A stretch of 50,843 nt of DNA, filler included, from Catajapyx aquilonaris (taxonomy: Eukaryota), in NCBI GenBank assembly GCA_000934665.2. It is 3 parts of 3 records of this genome, joined end to end, with 100 filler letters (N's around TTAATTAATTAA, not from the genome) between each part and the next. Parts side by side here need not be neighbours in the genome. Positions count along the whole stretch, not along the records: positions 18,955 to 34,925 come from KZ539680.1; positions 35,026 to 50,843 come from JYFJ02007379.1; 1 more part is not named here. The stretch is one strand, 5' to 3'. The notes beneath the pieces are model-generated. The model was not told the origin of the DNA. It searched no databases and saw only the letters and a list, made by a program, of their open reading frames with translations. Below, piece by piece: positions 22,823-35,164 of the stretch; position 1 is the first letter of the stretch; each line of letters starts with the position of its first letter. Both the position numbers and the translations under genes were made by a program.

Positions 22823-25800
22823 ATGGAGCCTAACAAAGTCGTTCTTCCTCTTGTCATATTAGTAGTCTGTCTAGGTGAGCTATAACATTGCATTTTATTA
22901 GCGTTTTCGTTAGTTTGTCACGTAATTCATCGTTCCTTATACTGTACATCAGGTTCTTTGTTGGGGATTCTGTTGCTGCGTTCGGGGGAAAAACTTCGGT
23001 CCAAAAGAGCAATAACATTGCCTCAGATTACGGAGGACAATTTAGACAACGATGACGTTATTCCCGATGCTTCCTCTCTTGTTGATGCGGGAAGTACTAA
23101 GTTTCCAGATATTGTAGGTAATAGTTCACTGGACTCCAGCAGTACCGATGATAACAACACTTTTACAAGGTGAGCGTTTGACATAATATTAATATATATT
23201 AAATTCGCTGAGATTATGTCCTGCAGTGATATGACAAGAGAATTCATACATAACTCGGTGGACACAAAACACCTGGACGATTATCTTAAGTAAGTTCATT
23301 CAAATAATACTGTGGCACAAAATGTGACTTACTGCAGAAGTGACTTGCGCATTTTTGAGCTTCAGAATTTTGTTATATAGTTTACTAAGAAAGTAGTACA
23401 TGATTATATGGTATGTTTTTTAAATAACCAGATTACTTGCTCAAGAACCGGACTTGGCTGGTACGTCAATGGATCTGATACGAGCCGAATGGTATCGAGA
23501 AAAATTCATCGAATTCGGTTTTGATAAAGTTGTCATCGAGCCTTACCGAGTCTTACTGTCGTATCCCGATAACGAAACCAGCAACAATGTAAGAATTAAG
23601 AAATATTTCTTTAATATCTTGACTTTTCAGGCACGAAAACCTATCCGGATTTTACTCCATTCCCTTTTGTGCAGAATAAACCACGCTCAGCTCTTCGTAC
23701 AGCTTCTATAAGATTGAGAATTTTTAAATGAGTTAGAGCATAATTATTCATAGCAATTCGTACTCCAGTGTCGTGTATAATGCATTCAAACCTTAAAATA
23801 ACGAAATCACAATTGGTAATTATTGTTTGTTGATAGTCACTCTTTCACAGTTATGAAGCCGGCCATTCTAAGGCTGAATACGTAATAAGATATTAAAATT
23901 AATTAGAGTGGGGTATAAATTGCGGTAAAATTTCAACAATATATTCGTATAGGTTTGGACTATATACAGTACAGTATTCTCACGTGATTTTTGTCAGTGA
24001 CAAGGAAAACAATTGACAGCCTGACCATGCTTTACACAAATCTGCTCACAAATCGGCCAAAAAAAGGTCCTCCTGCTGGTGTTCCTCACTTGCTCGTGAA
24101 AACAGTCGTCACTGGCACAAGTGGTTTCCCACTGAGAAAAACAAAATCCTCCCAAATCCCCCACAAAGTATTCTAAAACTGTATTGCTTTGAACTGCGGT
24201 AAAATTGAGATACGTATATTTGTTGAAACGGAAAGGGCAGCACAATGTTTCATTAGGTAATGTGAAATTTGTGTCTCTGTAGGTGTCTATTGTGGATGAG
24301 AGCGGTAATATCAAGCACCATTTTGAGGGTGTGCAACCAGTCCTGCACTCTCCCGAAGAGGAACACCCTTCGTTGGCGAGAAATTTCAATGCATACTCTG
24401 CAACTGGTGTAGCTCAGGTTAGTGTTAATAATACTATATAGGTTTGTCAATACCAGAACTACCTTCCTTTGGCAGGGAAAGTTAGTGTACGTCCACTACA
24501 GTCGACGCACCGACTACGAGGAATTTGAGAAAAGAAACATCTCAATAAGTGGACACATATTTTTAGCTCGCTATGGGAAGATGTTCCGAGGAAATATTGT
24601 ATGTTATATTATTGCAGTTACAAATTTGAAATACAAAACGATCAAAATAGATTGATTTTGAGAAATGACAGTTTGAAGTATGAGGACTGTGTTATTATTA
24701 GATATGATCCTCTCCTTTTTTTCAAGCAGTTGTCTAGGGGAGTCTAGTTGCCCTCCAACGGAAAATCCACGTCAAGGGCTAAATTACACAAAGTTAATGT
24801 CGACAAAAATTGACCCTGATCGTTCTGCATTTCAAGTAAACTGTTGTTTATAATAATGATTTTAAATAGTGATAAGACCATCCTTCCATTATTTTATGCA
24901 GGTAAAACTTGCACAAGAAAAAGGAGCAATTGCTGTTCTACTATATGCTGATCCATCAGATTATGTATTGGAAGGTCCAGAAAATGTGTATCCACAATCA
25001 GGATGGTTACCCGAGGATGGGGTGCAACTTGGAACTCTCAAAGAGCCACTGATAGGAGACCCTCTCACTCCACATTATCCATCAATAGGTATATGTTCAG
25101 AGTTTCCAGTGGAAGAGCCGCAAAAGCAGAAAATTGCTTAATATTTTCTTCTAGAAAGTGCCTACAGATTACAAGATGAGTCACCTGCAGGCTTGCCAAA
25201 GATTCCTGTCCAACCAATAAGTTATAAGCATGCAGAGAAACTCCTTCAGTGAGAAATTTTACATGGCTGAAAGTTGCAATATAGAAAAAAACAAACATAG
25301 AACAGCACTTTTGACTTGATTTCACTCTCTTTTAGACACATGCAAACAAATGATATGCTTCCCGAGTGGCAAGGAGGTTTGAATTCAACCTATCCTCTAG
25401 GCCCTGGTTTTAGTGAAGAAGGATGGACAGTCCGAGTGGATGTGAAAACATCGAATCAATTGGCAACTATACATAACGTCATTGGTACTATTCGAGGCAA
25501 AGAGGAACCAGGTATAGATCATGAAAACATTGTTGGTGCATCGTACTATTATTAGGCAAACATTTATAATAATTAGTTAACACGAATACATATGCCATGT
25601 AGAACTATGGCATACATAATTATGGAGGAATTATTTTAGCATTTGGAGCATTATAATTGCAGTAGCGGCCCGATTTTTCAGAATACATATATAATTCCTA
25701 GAATACGGACGATTTTTAAATCATTTTCTATATGTAAGACATTTTTTCAGGGGAACTAACCATGTAAGTTATCCTTCGGTGTGCAAGCAATCCGTGTAAA

Positions 25801-27967
25801 TTTTCATCACATACGCTGCGAGAATAAGCATAAGCCATAATCCAGGCATGACTTCCAAGTGCAATATAGCTGGAATTTTGAAACGCGACGTGATATCGCG
25901 TTATGATTTGATTACTCACCGAAAAAGGAGTATGGAACGATACAGAACTATACTCGGCTAAAGGCTAGGCCATTCGCACAATCAGGATGTCTACGCTACT
26001 AAATTACGGTATTTCAGCCAAAAAAAGAAGTTATTGTGGAAATGACAGTAGCCTACGTGTAGCCTATATATTAAGCCCATAATGTATAGTCTACCTGTAC
26101 ACTGTATAACAGAGCATAATATTGCTAGGTGTTTTACAGATCGTTACGTGCTAGTTGGAAATCATCGAGACACTTGGCTGCTAGGTGCTGTTGATGCCAA
26201 GAGTGGTTCCATAACATTTCTTGAAACAGCTCGAGTTTTCGGCTTGTTGGTTCGAGAAGGTGGTAAAACTTTGCAACATTCTTAATCTTAACAAGTTCAT
26301 GATATTAACAAGTATTCTAGCTATAGTTTGTCTGATGCGTGTAAATATTCCTGGTTCCCCACCCAGGCTGGAGACCTCGTAGAAGCATAGTATTTTGCAG
26401 CTGGGGTGCTGAAGAATACGGTTTAATTGGATCGGTCGAGTGGGTTCAACATTTCCGGAGGACGCTAGAAGCCAAAGCCATCGCCTATATAAATGTTGAT
26501 GTGGCTGTAAATGGATTTCCAGGTATGTAGGCTATCATAGCTTTTCATAATTGCCAGTAATTATACATGGTGTTGCTTTGCCCAAGGAAAATACCTCGAG
26601 AGGAGATGGTGGGAAAATATTGATGGACGTCAGTTTTGTCTCATCCACCGCATACTGCCCCTTTATCTCCCGCTTGGCCGCTTCTAATCCGTCGAATTCG
26701 TGAAACAGCCATTGTGGCCGAGGTCCTCTGATAGCTCACTTAACTTACACATCAAAATTAAGTTTACATGCGTATTGCCAAAAATGGTGTGATAATGGAA
26801 ATGTAAAAGTTATGACGACATGATGCATTTCATTGTTACTAATTATTCGTTAAATAGTTATTAACAATATTAAATTCAGACCATTAAGCTTTTACAGCTA
26901 CCGGTATTGATACAATTATAGAGTTCTTCTATACTGTTAATAGTTTCTCTAGGATATAAGCCATTATTTTCTGTTCCCTGTTGGTGTGGAATAGGGCAAT
27001 TCTGTTGCAAGGGGACTCGTTTGAATTGTCCCACTAGGGTCCTGAATGTGTGTTGTCACTTCCCATAACAGTGCAGTTTGCCCTAACTTTGGCTACTCTA
27101 TTAAAGGAAACTGAATCACATCGTTTCTAACCAAGCAATTGCACGGGATACAACCTAGTGTTATAAATTCACATAATTATATCCTCCCATATTAATGTGA
27201 AATATTTTTCTCGTTTTTTAGGAAACCTGTTCCTGAAATTGGGAGGCTCGCCTCTTATATATGATCTTTTGTATGAATCTGCACAAAAAATTCCAAACCC
27301 GAATGGGACAGAGACAGAAGCGGGCAGATTGACACTCTACGATACATGGCTGATAAATTTGCCACAGGACGATGGAAATAGGCCCCAGTATGTTATGCTT
27401 CTCTAGATTTGTTATATTGTCTAATGTACCCAACTCCATGCCTCTGAATCTTAAGTGGCATCATCCTATTTAGATAAGTCCTCTTTATCCAACACTAATG
27501 AACTTTTCCTCAATTTATAAACTAATTCCTTGACTAATTCAGCTCAAGCAACGAGACGTCCAACTAGAGTACTAGACTGTGCTGCGTCATAATAGCGATT
27601 AGGCTACATAACGTTTCTGAAATATGATCTAAATTATCGTTTTAAAAATTAAAAGCAGAGGAAGTGGGGCAAGTCCATAATACAGGGATATCTCGGTTTT
27701 ATAATGGTCGCCAGCCATCATGTTAGCATGACATGTTTCGCCAGGTATTCAGACTGCAATAAATGCTGTATAAGATGCAATTTTCAGGCAGAGGGATCTG
27801 CCAAAGGTTACACAGTTGGGTGGTCACAAGCTTGACTTGAGGTTTTCCACGGTAGCTAGCAGCGGGGTGTGGACCATGATGGGCCACCGTATGGGCCGAA
27901 CGGGGCGGGATAGGGAATTTCACTCTGGACCACCCATACAAAATGATAGGGAGCTATTTCTCTACCC

Positions 27968-28011
<44 letters not shown>

Positions 28012-29043
28012 GATACCACGTGATAGGGCCTCCTTGTTTGACAGACTTTAATAATTGCCTGCGCTGTGATGGATTTTGATAGTGGGAGGAAATGGGAGAA
28101 CCCTGAGAAAACCCACGCGAACACGGAGAGAACCCATCATAACTCTATCCACATAAGTATCCTCCGTCCGACCCGGGGATCGAACTCGGGACCTTAGAGG
28201 TGGAAGGCTGCGGCGCTAACCATTCCGCCACCGTGTCGCCCTGATGATATTTCTCTACTACACTTCGTTAATTTCAACCGAGCAGTTCCTTCGCTAAAAA
28301 ATTACCCCTAATTTTGTGTAGGCCTATGTCATTTTCTGTGGAACTCGCAGTGTCGGAAAGAGGAAGGATCGATGATGAGAGAGAACCGGATTATTTTCAC
28401 CATAATTTTAGGTCGAAGTCTCTTGGCAGAAAAAAATCAGTATGCGTAGGCTACTTGCCCTGCGTGGTGTGCTGGAGGAAGAAAGTTCACAGACACAAAC
28501 ACACTTTGCCCTCGATTATGTCACTAATGTCAGTGTTCATGAACGGTACCGACGTACCGTGATAAATGCATGATTGTATGCTATGATAAAATAAGCACAG
28601 ATTAATGCTTCACTGGCTCATATGCTGATCATGTATGCTTGTACGGTATAATAACAAAGCAATAATTTTGTGGATGTGAACAGCAATATTTCATGTAGGC
28701 CTACGTACTGTAGCCTACCAAAAAGAAACGTATGGACGTAACCCAGTTTCCTTTACATACAGGATGTTTCTTACTAGTAGGTCAACCCGAAGTCAGCATA
28801 TTCCTTTATTGGGCCAAAACAATTGGAAAATGTAGGGGTGAGAAATGTCAAGGGACCAACCAGAAACATTGGCCAGTGGTAGCCTAAGGAGCAGGATTTG
28901 AGCAGTGATAATCTCTTCTGTGAAAGAAGTGACCTCGCAAATCCAAACCGGCAGTCATGATTATCACGCTCTTACCCTGCTCCCTAGGCAACCACTGGCC
29001 AATGTTTCTGGTCGTCTACCTCGTTACAGGTTGGTCCATCGAC

Positions 29044-29103
<60 letters not shown>

Positions 29104-30381
29104 ATTTTTGGACACTACACATTCTACCAGTTAACAATACCGGTACAATAGAACCAGAAACCTTTCCCATAAGAGTGTAACAGTGTCATTAACAGTGTTC
29201 ACCTAGTGACCATGTATGATAAGTGTCAGCAGCAAAAATATTGCTTGACATGTCAATTAATACATGTATTACAGCGCAATTGTAAACAATACCGATTAAT
29301 TTTTTCTAAAGAGTTCAAAATTTGGGAACTGGAACAGATCATGCTGCTTTCTTTTTCCACTTGGGCGTAACATCTGCAGATGTGATGATGAATGTCAAAA
29401 AGGTACATACAAAGATCAATTTCTGCTGGATTAATTGAATGCCTTTATACAACCTATTCTTCCATACCTTTAAAGGTGTCATATGGATATCCTCTCTATC
29501 ACACCCTCTATGAGACATATCACTTAGTCTCTCAAATGGTGGACCCTGGATTTCTGTATCACAAAGCAGTTACCCAATTAATCTTGGAAATCACATGGAG
29601 AATTGCTGATGACAAAGTAATTCCTTATAATGTGGAGAATTACGCCATTTTTATACAGGAGTCCTACCAAAATGTTATGGGCATATATGGCCCACTCTTA
29701 GAAAAATCTGGAATCCATCTCAGTAAGTATAAGTTGTTTTCTGGTTGTTTTTGTTTTACTTCAAACAAATACCCAGACACTGCCTTATACAAGTACAATT
29801 TGATTACAGATGAAAACTATTGGCAGGATGCCGTGAAAAAATTCACGCTTACAGCACAGTGCTTCCAAAATAACACCATGCCTCAAGCTCAAGATGAATC
29901 CGCGTAATTAATAATATGTTTCAAAGCTACAATTTATAGTAGGCCTACCAATATGTGCCACATTAATTCATTATATTTTATGTTTTACACAGAGACACAT
30001 TGTTTGTGAGAGCAGTTAATGATAAATTAATGATGTTGGAAAGAGCATTTGTCAGTCCTCGTGGTTTAACTGGAAAGGAAAATATGGAGTATGTGTCATT
30101 TGTGTGTATGTGTGTGCATGCATGCAATGAGTGATAGAATATTGTAACTAACATTATCTTGAAATCATTACAGCCACATTGTGTTCATTCCAAGCAGCAG
30201 TGACGCCTACGCTTCCACCACCTTCTCTGCTTTCACGGACCTACTACAAGACTTGGATTCAACTTCAACTGAAAACGAAGCCAAGAAATCTCATTTAGAA
30301 AAAGAGTTGGCCAAAATGACCTATCACCTTATGACAGCGACATATGCTCTGTGTGATCCTATTCAAGAAGATTGCATTTGA
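22823..30381 (+). CDS. Glutamate carboxypeptidase II / NAALADase-like M28B metallopeptidase (type II membrane protein)
   Basis: 17 phase-consistent exons: 22823-22874, 22953-23169, 23227-23289, 23432-23588, 24283-24417, 24476-24598, 24902-25088, 25155-25248, 25336-25511, 26140-26262, 26367-26522, 27222-27387, 29312-29402, 29476-29722, 29810-29903, 29993-30088, 30174-30381 (TGA). An alternative in-frame ATG lies at 22778. Motifs: N-terminal TM, YRVLLSYP, ARYGKMFRGN, GDPLTPHYP, GNHRDTW, GAVD, WRPRRSIVFCSWGAEEYGLIGS, YINVD, YPLYHTLYET, NDKLMMLERAF. Confidence 0.95.
27968..28241 (-). mobile_element. SINE family B with (AAT)n tail, in a peptidase intron
   Basis: Family B head and body, flanked by a direct repeat TATTTCTCTAC. 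Confidence 0.85.
29047..29099. repeat. (TC)n microsatellite
   Basis: Perfect dinucleotide run. Confidence 0.95.
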
Positions 30382-31016
30382 AATTAATGTGGTGTGCCAC
30401 TGAATAATATGCAGTACCGGTACATGCTGGGTACATGAAAAACACAGGCATATCAGTAATCTCATACGCCCATTAATTTTTCTCCCTCCTGACAGGCTAA
30501 TTTTATGCCACACATAGCCACCCCCCTGGTAAGTGTCTAATAAAGGCAAACATATTTTTTTGGTGCATGAGTGTTTGTTTGTCTGTTCTCAATGAAAATA
30601 AATATGGAGCATTCCAGAAATGTGAAGGATGTTCAGGATGGGTAGCATTTGTTGCTGAATATTGTGGGCTCATTGGATATGACCTCCGAGGTCATCCGAA
30701 ATTCCTCCAGTAATAATCGCCTTATTTTTTTCTTCCCTCTGTCTGGAACGCTCCGGTGGGTGGGGCGGAGGGAGGTAGGGAACCTTGGTGAGTCCTGCCA
30801 CCTTCTGGTCACTCCACTAAATCATCAGGCCGGGGGGGGGGGGGGGGGNGAGAGAGAGTGGCTGGGTAGGTGGCCGGCGGCGGGGGTATTGCAGGTTTTG
30901 CCCAATTTTGGCTACGGGTGCACTAGTCACAGTGTTACACCCAAATAGTAACCAAATGAGTGCTTTACTTTCCGGACAATACGAGTAATCCTGCTGGTTA
31001 TTATTGTGCAGAATAA

Positions 31017-31290
31017 ACCGAAGCAGGTTGGCATAATGGATAAGGCGTCCGACTGCTAATCGGGAGGTCCTGGGTTCGAATCCCGGGGCCGGCAACTCTG
31101 ACCGTGGTTTTCTGTGGTTTCTCACGGTCCTTCCAGGAAAATTCCGGAGTTGCTTCCGTAATTAATAGGCCACAGCCACTTCCTTCCGTCCCTATCCTAT
31201 CCCAAAGAGCGCAGTAAAATGAAAGCAAAGAGTTTCCAGGCAAAACAAAAACCTGCCTAAAGAGCCGACAGGCTGATAACGGGGTATGAA
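31017..31290 (+). mobile_element. SINE family C
   Basis: Head GGCATAATGGATAAGGCGTCCGACTGCTAATCGGGAGGTCCTGGGTTCGAATCCC. 12-bp TSD TGTGCAGAATAA at 31005-31016 and 31291-31302. Confidence 0.88.
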
Positions 31291-31296
31291 TGTGCA

Positions 31297-31297
<1 letters not shown>

Positions 31298-31375
<78 letters not shown>

Positions 31376-31645
31376 ATACCCTGTGATAGCAAGGCCTCCT
31401 TGGGCCTTTTAGGGGATCATTTTTTCTATAACTTACCAGCTTTAATCATTGCCTGTCCTGACGGTCTGTGATGGCTTTGATTGTGGGAGGAAAGGGAGAG
31501 CCCCGAGAAAACCTACGTGAACATGGAGATAACCCATCGAAACTCTATCTAGTGTCTACGTAAGTATACTCTGTCCTATTGGGGGATAGAACTCGGGACC
31601 TTAGACTGAGGTGGAAGGCCGTGGCGCTAGCCACTACACCACCGT
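31298..31645 (-). mobile_element. SINE family B (diverged) with long (AAT)n tail
   Basis: Family B body lying tail-to-tail with the family C copy. Confidence 0.8.
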
Positions 31646-31720
31646 TATTATGCCATCCTGCCACCAGTGACTAGATTGGCAATAATAATAACAGTAGTAG
31701 TAATAGTAATAGTAGTAGTA

Positions 31721-32476
31721 GGGGAGAGGGCTGTACCATGGAACACTTTTTCAACATTTATTTTTATTTAGTAAAGTTGTTCATGTTTTCAACATGTGAA
31801 ACTGTCCATGTATAAAGCATATTGTTGCCCACACAATGGAACTTACTCATTTTGTATGTCACTAATAACTTTACTAAAAATAATTAACATGTGTTAGTGT
31901 TGCAAATGTTCCATGGTACAACATGCTGATGTACCTTGGAACAATCTGATGTATCATTGGAACAATTTATTTTCCAGCATGATATTAAGCTCAACAATGC
32001 AAATATTTTATTTCACGTTGTAGTTTTCATTCTTTTCAAAGCCAATTTTGAACACTATTCTTGATGACACCCTGACACAACACCCTAGCTGATATGTTCC
32101 AAGGTACATGCAGGGCTACTTTTAGAAATGAACTTGCCTCTCTTTCGTGCATTACATGATTGGTATGTAATAATGATTCAGCACTGTAGACTATTGGTGT
32201 ACACTTCAGAGCAGAACTTTATCTACTACAAATCTGTTATATGACAGGAGCAATAATTGACAAAAGACCTGCCCAAAAACTTACTTTTGAGTACGCAAAA
32301 ACACCTCAGCCACTCACTGTCACACCCTTCTCCAAATTGGCTACCTGCTAGAGTCTGCTTCCAACTAGGGGGCATATGCATCCTTTGAGTCAGAAAGTGG
32401 CCGGTACATGTCAACACGAGCTGTGGTACATTGAGTGTTCCAAGGTACGTTGTACTCAAGGTACAGCCCTCTCCCC
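31721..32476. mobile_element. TA-flanked DNA transposon with GGGGAGAG termini
   Basis: TA|GGGGAGAGGGCTGTACC ... GGTACAGCCCTCTCCCC|TA, with internal TGTACC.TGGAACA repeats. Confidence 0.85.
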
Positions 32477-32573
32477 TANNNNNNNNNNNNNNNNNNNNNN
32501 NNNNNNNNNNNNNNNNTCGAGCCCCCCCCCCCCCTCCCCGAAATTTTTCGACTTACACTAGATAAAATGAGTA

Positions 32574-33089
32574 AGGTGAAGTGGGGTAAGTGCGTACCGC
32601 TTTTTGGAAACATGAACTTTCTGCAGCGATTGCAAACACAATTGCAACACAAGGTCCAGTGTACGCACTTACCCCGCCTCTTGGGGTAAGTGCGTACCCA
32701 CCCTGTGCTCCCCCTCTAAAACTACAAGCAGTGAAATCTGAGGATAGTGCTTACATCTCCACGTATCGATCTCCCCGTTATTTCAAACTCCGCTAAAATA
32801 TATGAAACTGTGTAAAAGTTATGAAAGTTTTTAAGTCTGCAACTTGCACCATGCGAGATAATTTACACTGTCTGCTTCGCTTACCATGCAATCACTGTAA
32901 TTCACCTAACAATAAATGCTCACTTCTTGTGTGGATGTTATGTGCAGCTACACAAAAGAGTGCCTGACGCGTTTTGGTGTCGTCAGCCATTTTCATTCCA
33001 ATATGGCGGCCCGTGTATGCACTTACCCCGTGTATGCACTTACCCCGTGTATGCACTTACCCCGTGTATGCACTTACCCCACTTCACCT
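32574..33089. mobile_element. TA-flanked MITE with a 17-bp subterminal tandem repeat
   Basis: TIR AGGTGAAGTGGGGTAAGTGC / GCACTTACCCCACTTCACCT, and GTGTATGCACTTACCCC x4 at about 33013-33080. Confidence 0.8.
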
Positions 33090-34029
33090 TATTTTAACTT
33101 TCCGATGCTTCCACAGAGAAATGAAAATTTGTGACCTTACTTTAACAAGAAAGGTGATACAGCAGGAACTTCTGAATGAGTTTTGTTTGGAAAAAAATAT
33201 ATGAAAAACCTTTTTAAGAACACGCTTTATATTTCCAAGTGCACTAAAAAGTAGAAAATAATTTCTTCCTCAATCTTCAGCTTTCTCTTTTACCTTGAAC
33301 TGAACAGAACATTCATGACTTTCTTTCCATGGAATTCAGCTACTGCAGTATTGTCTTGCTTTACTTATATTCTTATACGGCCTACATGATGAAAAATAAA
33401 GCGTGGGCACTAAAATTTTAATACTGTACACTAGGAAAATCCTCGCTCCGCTCGCCTTTTCCTAGGGCGCAGGCCTAGAAAACCACTCGCTTCGCTCGTT
33501 GTTTTCTAGGCCTGTGGCCTGCGGTGTAGGCCATGTTCTTAATGATGCTCACCCAACAATTATCCTCATCATACTCCCCTCCCCCCTTCCTCCCCCCTCC
33601 TTATATTAATCCTTTGACGGCTAAGTACATCATAATTATTATGATGTCCTGATGGTTTGTAAATTTGGCCCTGGAGGATGTGTATAGTGAAGGCGACCTT
33701 TGCGGTGCCAAACCCGGTTCAATATGCTCCTGCCATCTCTTGGATTGTGACTCAACTACCATAGCAACTCCAGATTCCCCCCCTGTTCCCGCCAAGTTGA
33801 GTCGTATATGCCAAGGTCACGTTGCTCCCACGTGATCGTTTATGTAAACATGTTCCCTCAGTACAGGGTGCCCGTAATGGACTCTTGGGAGGGTTTTTTT
33901 TTAAAGTTACCCCGTGATAAGGCGGAGCCTTTTTAGGGGGTGGAATACCACCATTTAACTCGATTTTTCTATATTTCAACTTCAATATCCGGTGCAAGGA
34001 GTCAAGGATGTAGGGTAGGGGTAGGGATT

Positions 34030-34239
34030 TTTGGGGAGGGAACATATAGGTGCAAGTGCAAGATCTGTAAAGGGGTCATGTGCTGTTCCCCAGGAGGTTA
34101 GGTTGCCAGACACTTCCTTGGTGCAGGTGAGAGACCCTCCTGACGCAGGTGAAAGGAAAACTCCCCAGGCGGGGATCGAACCTGGGGCCTTTCACTCAGC
34201 AAGCCGAGACGTTACCATCTCGGCCATCAACACCTCCCC
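34030..34239 (-). mobile_element. tRNA-like SINE head (family E) or tRNA pseudogene
   Basis: Minus strand reads TGGCCGAGATGGTAA (A box) ... GGTTCGATCCC (B box). No canonical acceptor stem. The extent of the body is uncertain. Confidence 0.55.
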
Positions 34240-34925
34240 GACCCTTGGGAGTTTATCATAGTACAGTGTTGTGGTAATATTATGTAACCATAAGAACAAT
34301 GTACCATAGTCACTGAGTAACCTTGTGAGGCCTATCGACTTTCTGAGAGCCGGACGATTCTAAAGAGTTTTACAATCAAAGGGACCACCACGAATTTAAA
34401 TGATTAATTTTGGCTCAAAGTTGTTATTCATTAATATCACTCCTACATCGAATTTTGAACAAAAAGAAGGAAAGAGACGGCCCAAAAACCTGCCAAAAAC
34501 TTGTGAAAGGGTTAAGGGTGCGCAATTTGAAAATACAGTTCCCATATGTGGTTCCAATGATTGCTGTGATTCAAGGTGGCGAACAGAGCTTACCCAGTGT
34601 TTATACAACAATACAGTCTGTACACATAGGTACACTGTACTCCAGATTATTATCCAAGCTAATGACTGCACGGGTGCGTGTTGCCAGATAATTGGGAAAC
34701 ACGGATAATCGGAGAATGGTCCTGGAAAGGGAGCTATTCACAGGTTGTTGATGTACTATATACGACGGATAGTTTCATACCCCCCGCAAACGAGCTTTAT
34801 CCTGGCTATCCTAAGCAACCCACACGGAATGATAACAGAAGCGAGTCAGCGGCAACAGGGCTTGGGGGGTGTTGCCCGGCTACGGAACCAGGTGGGGGTC
34901 GCTGGGCTGACCTTGCGTACCCCGT

Positions 34926-35025
34926 NNNNNNNNNNNNNNNNNNNNNNNNNNNNNNNNNNNNNNNNNNNNTTAATTAATTAANNNNNNNNNNNNNNNNNNN
35001 NNNNNNNNNNNNNNNNNNNNNNNNN
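34926..35025. other. Artificial contig linker N44-TTAATTAATTAA-N44
   Basis: Identical to the block at 18855. Confidence 0.9.
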
Positions 35026-35164
35026 TATATTTATTGTTGCCAATTGTTGGCAATAATAAATATAAATAATAAATTTGCCGCAACGTGCGCCGTTTGCCGC
35101 GCGACATTTTTTTGTGAAATGGCCTTTATTCAGCATAAAAATTAGCCAGTTTAAATACCATCTT

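Noticed and set aside
31020..31095. tRNA-Ser(GCT) gene
   Set aside because: It lacks a proper acceptor stem and long variable arm, continues into a repeated body, and is flanked by a TSD, so it is a SINE head.
33013..33080. CRISPR-like repeat array
   Set aside because: Contiguous 17-bp tandem repeats with no spacers, in a eukaryotic MITE subterminus.
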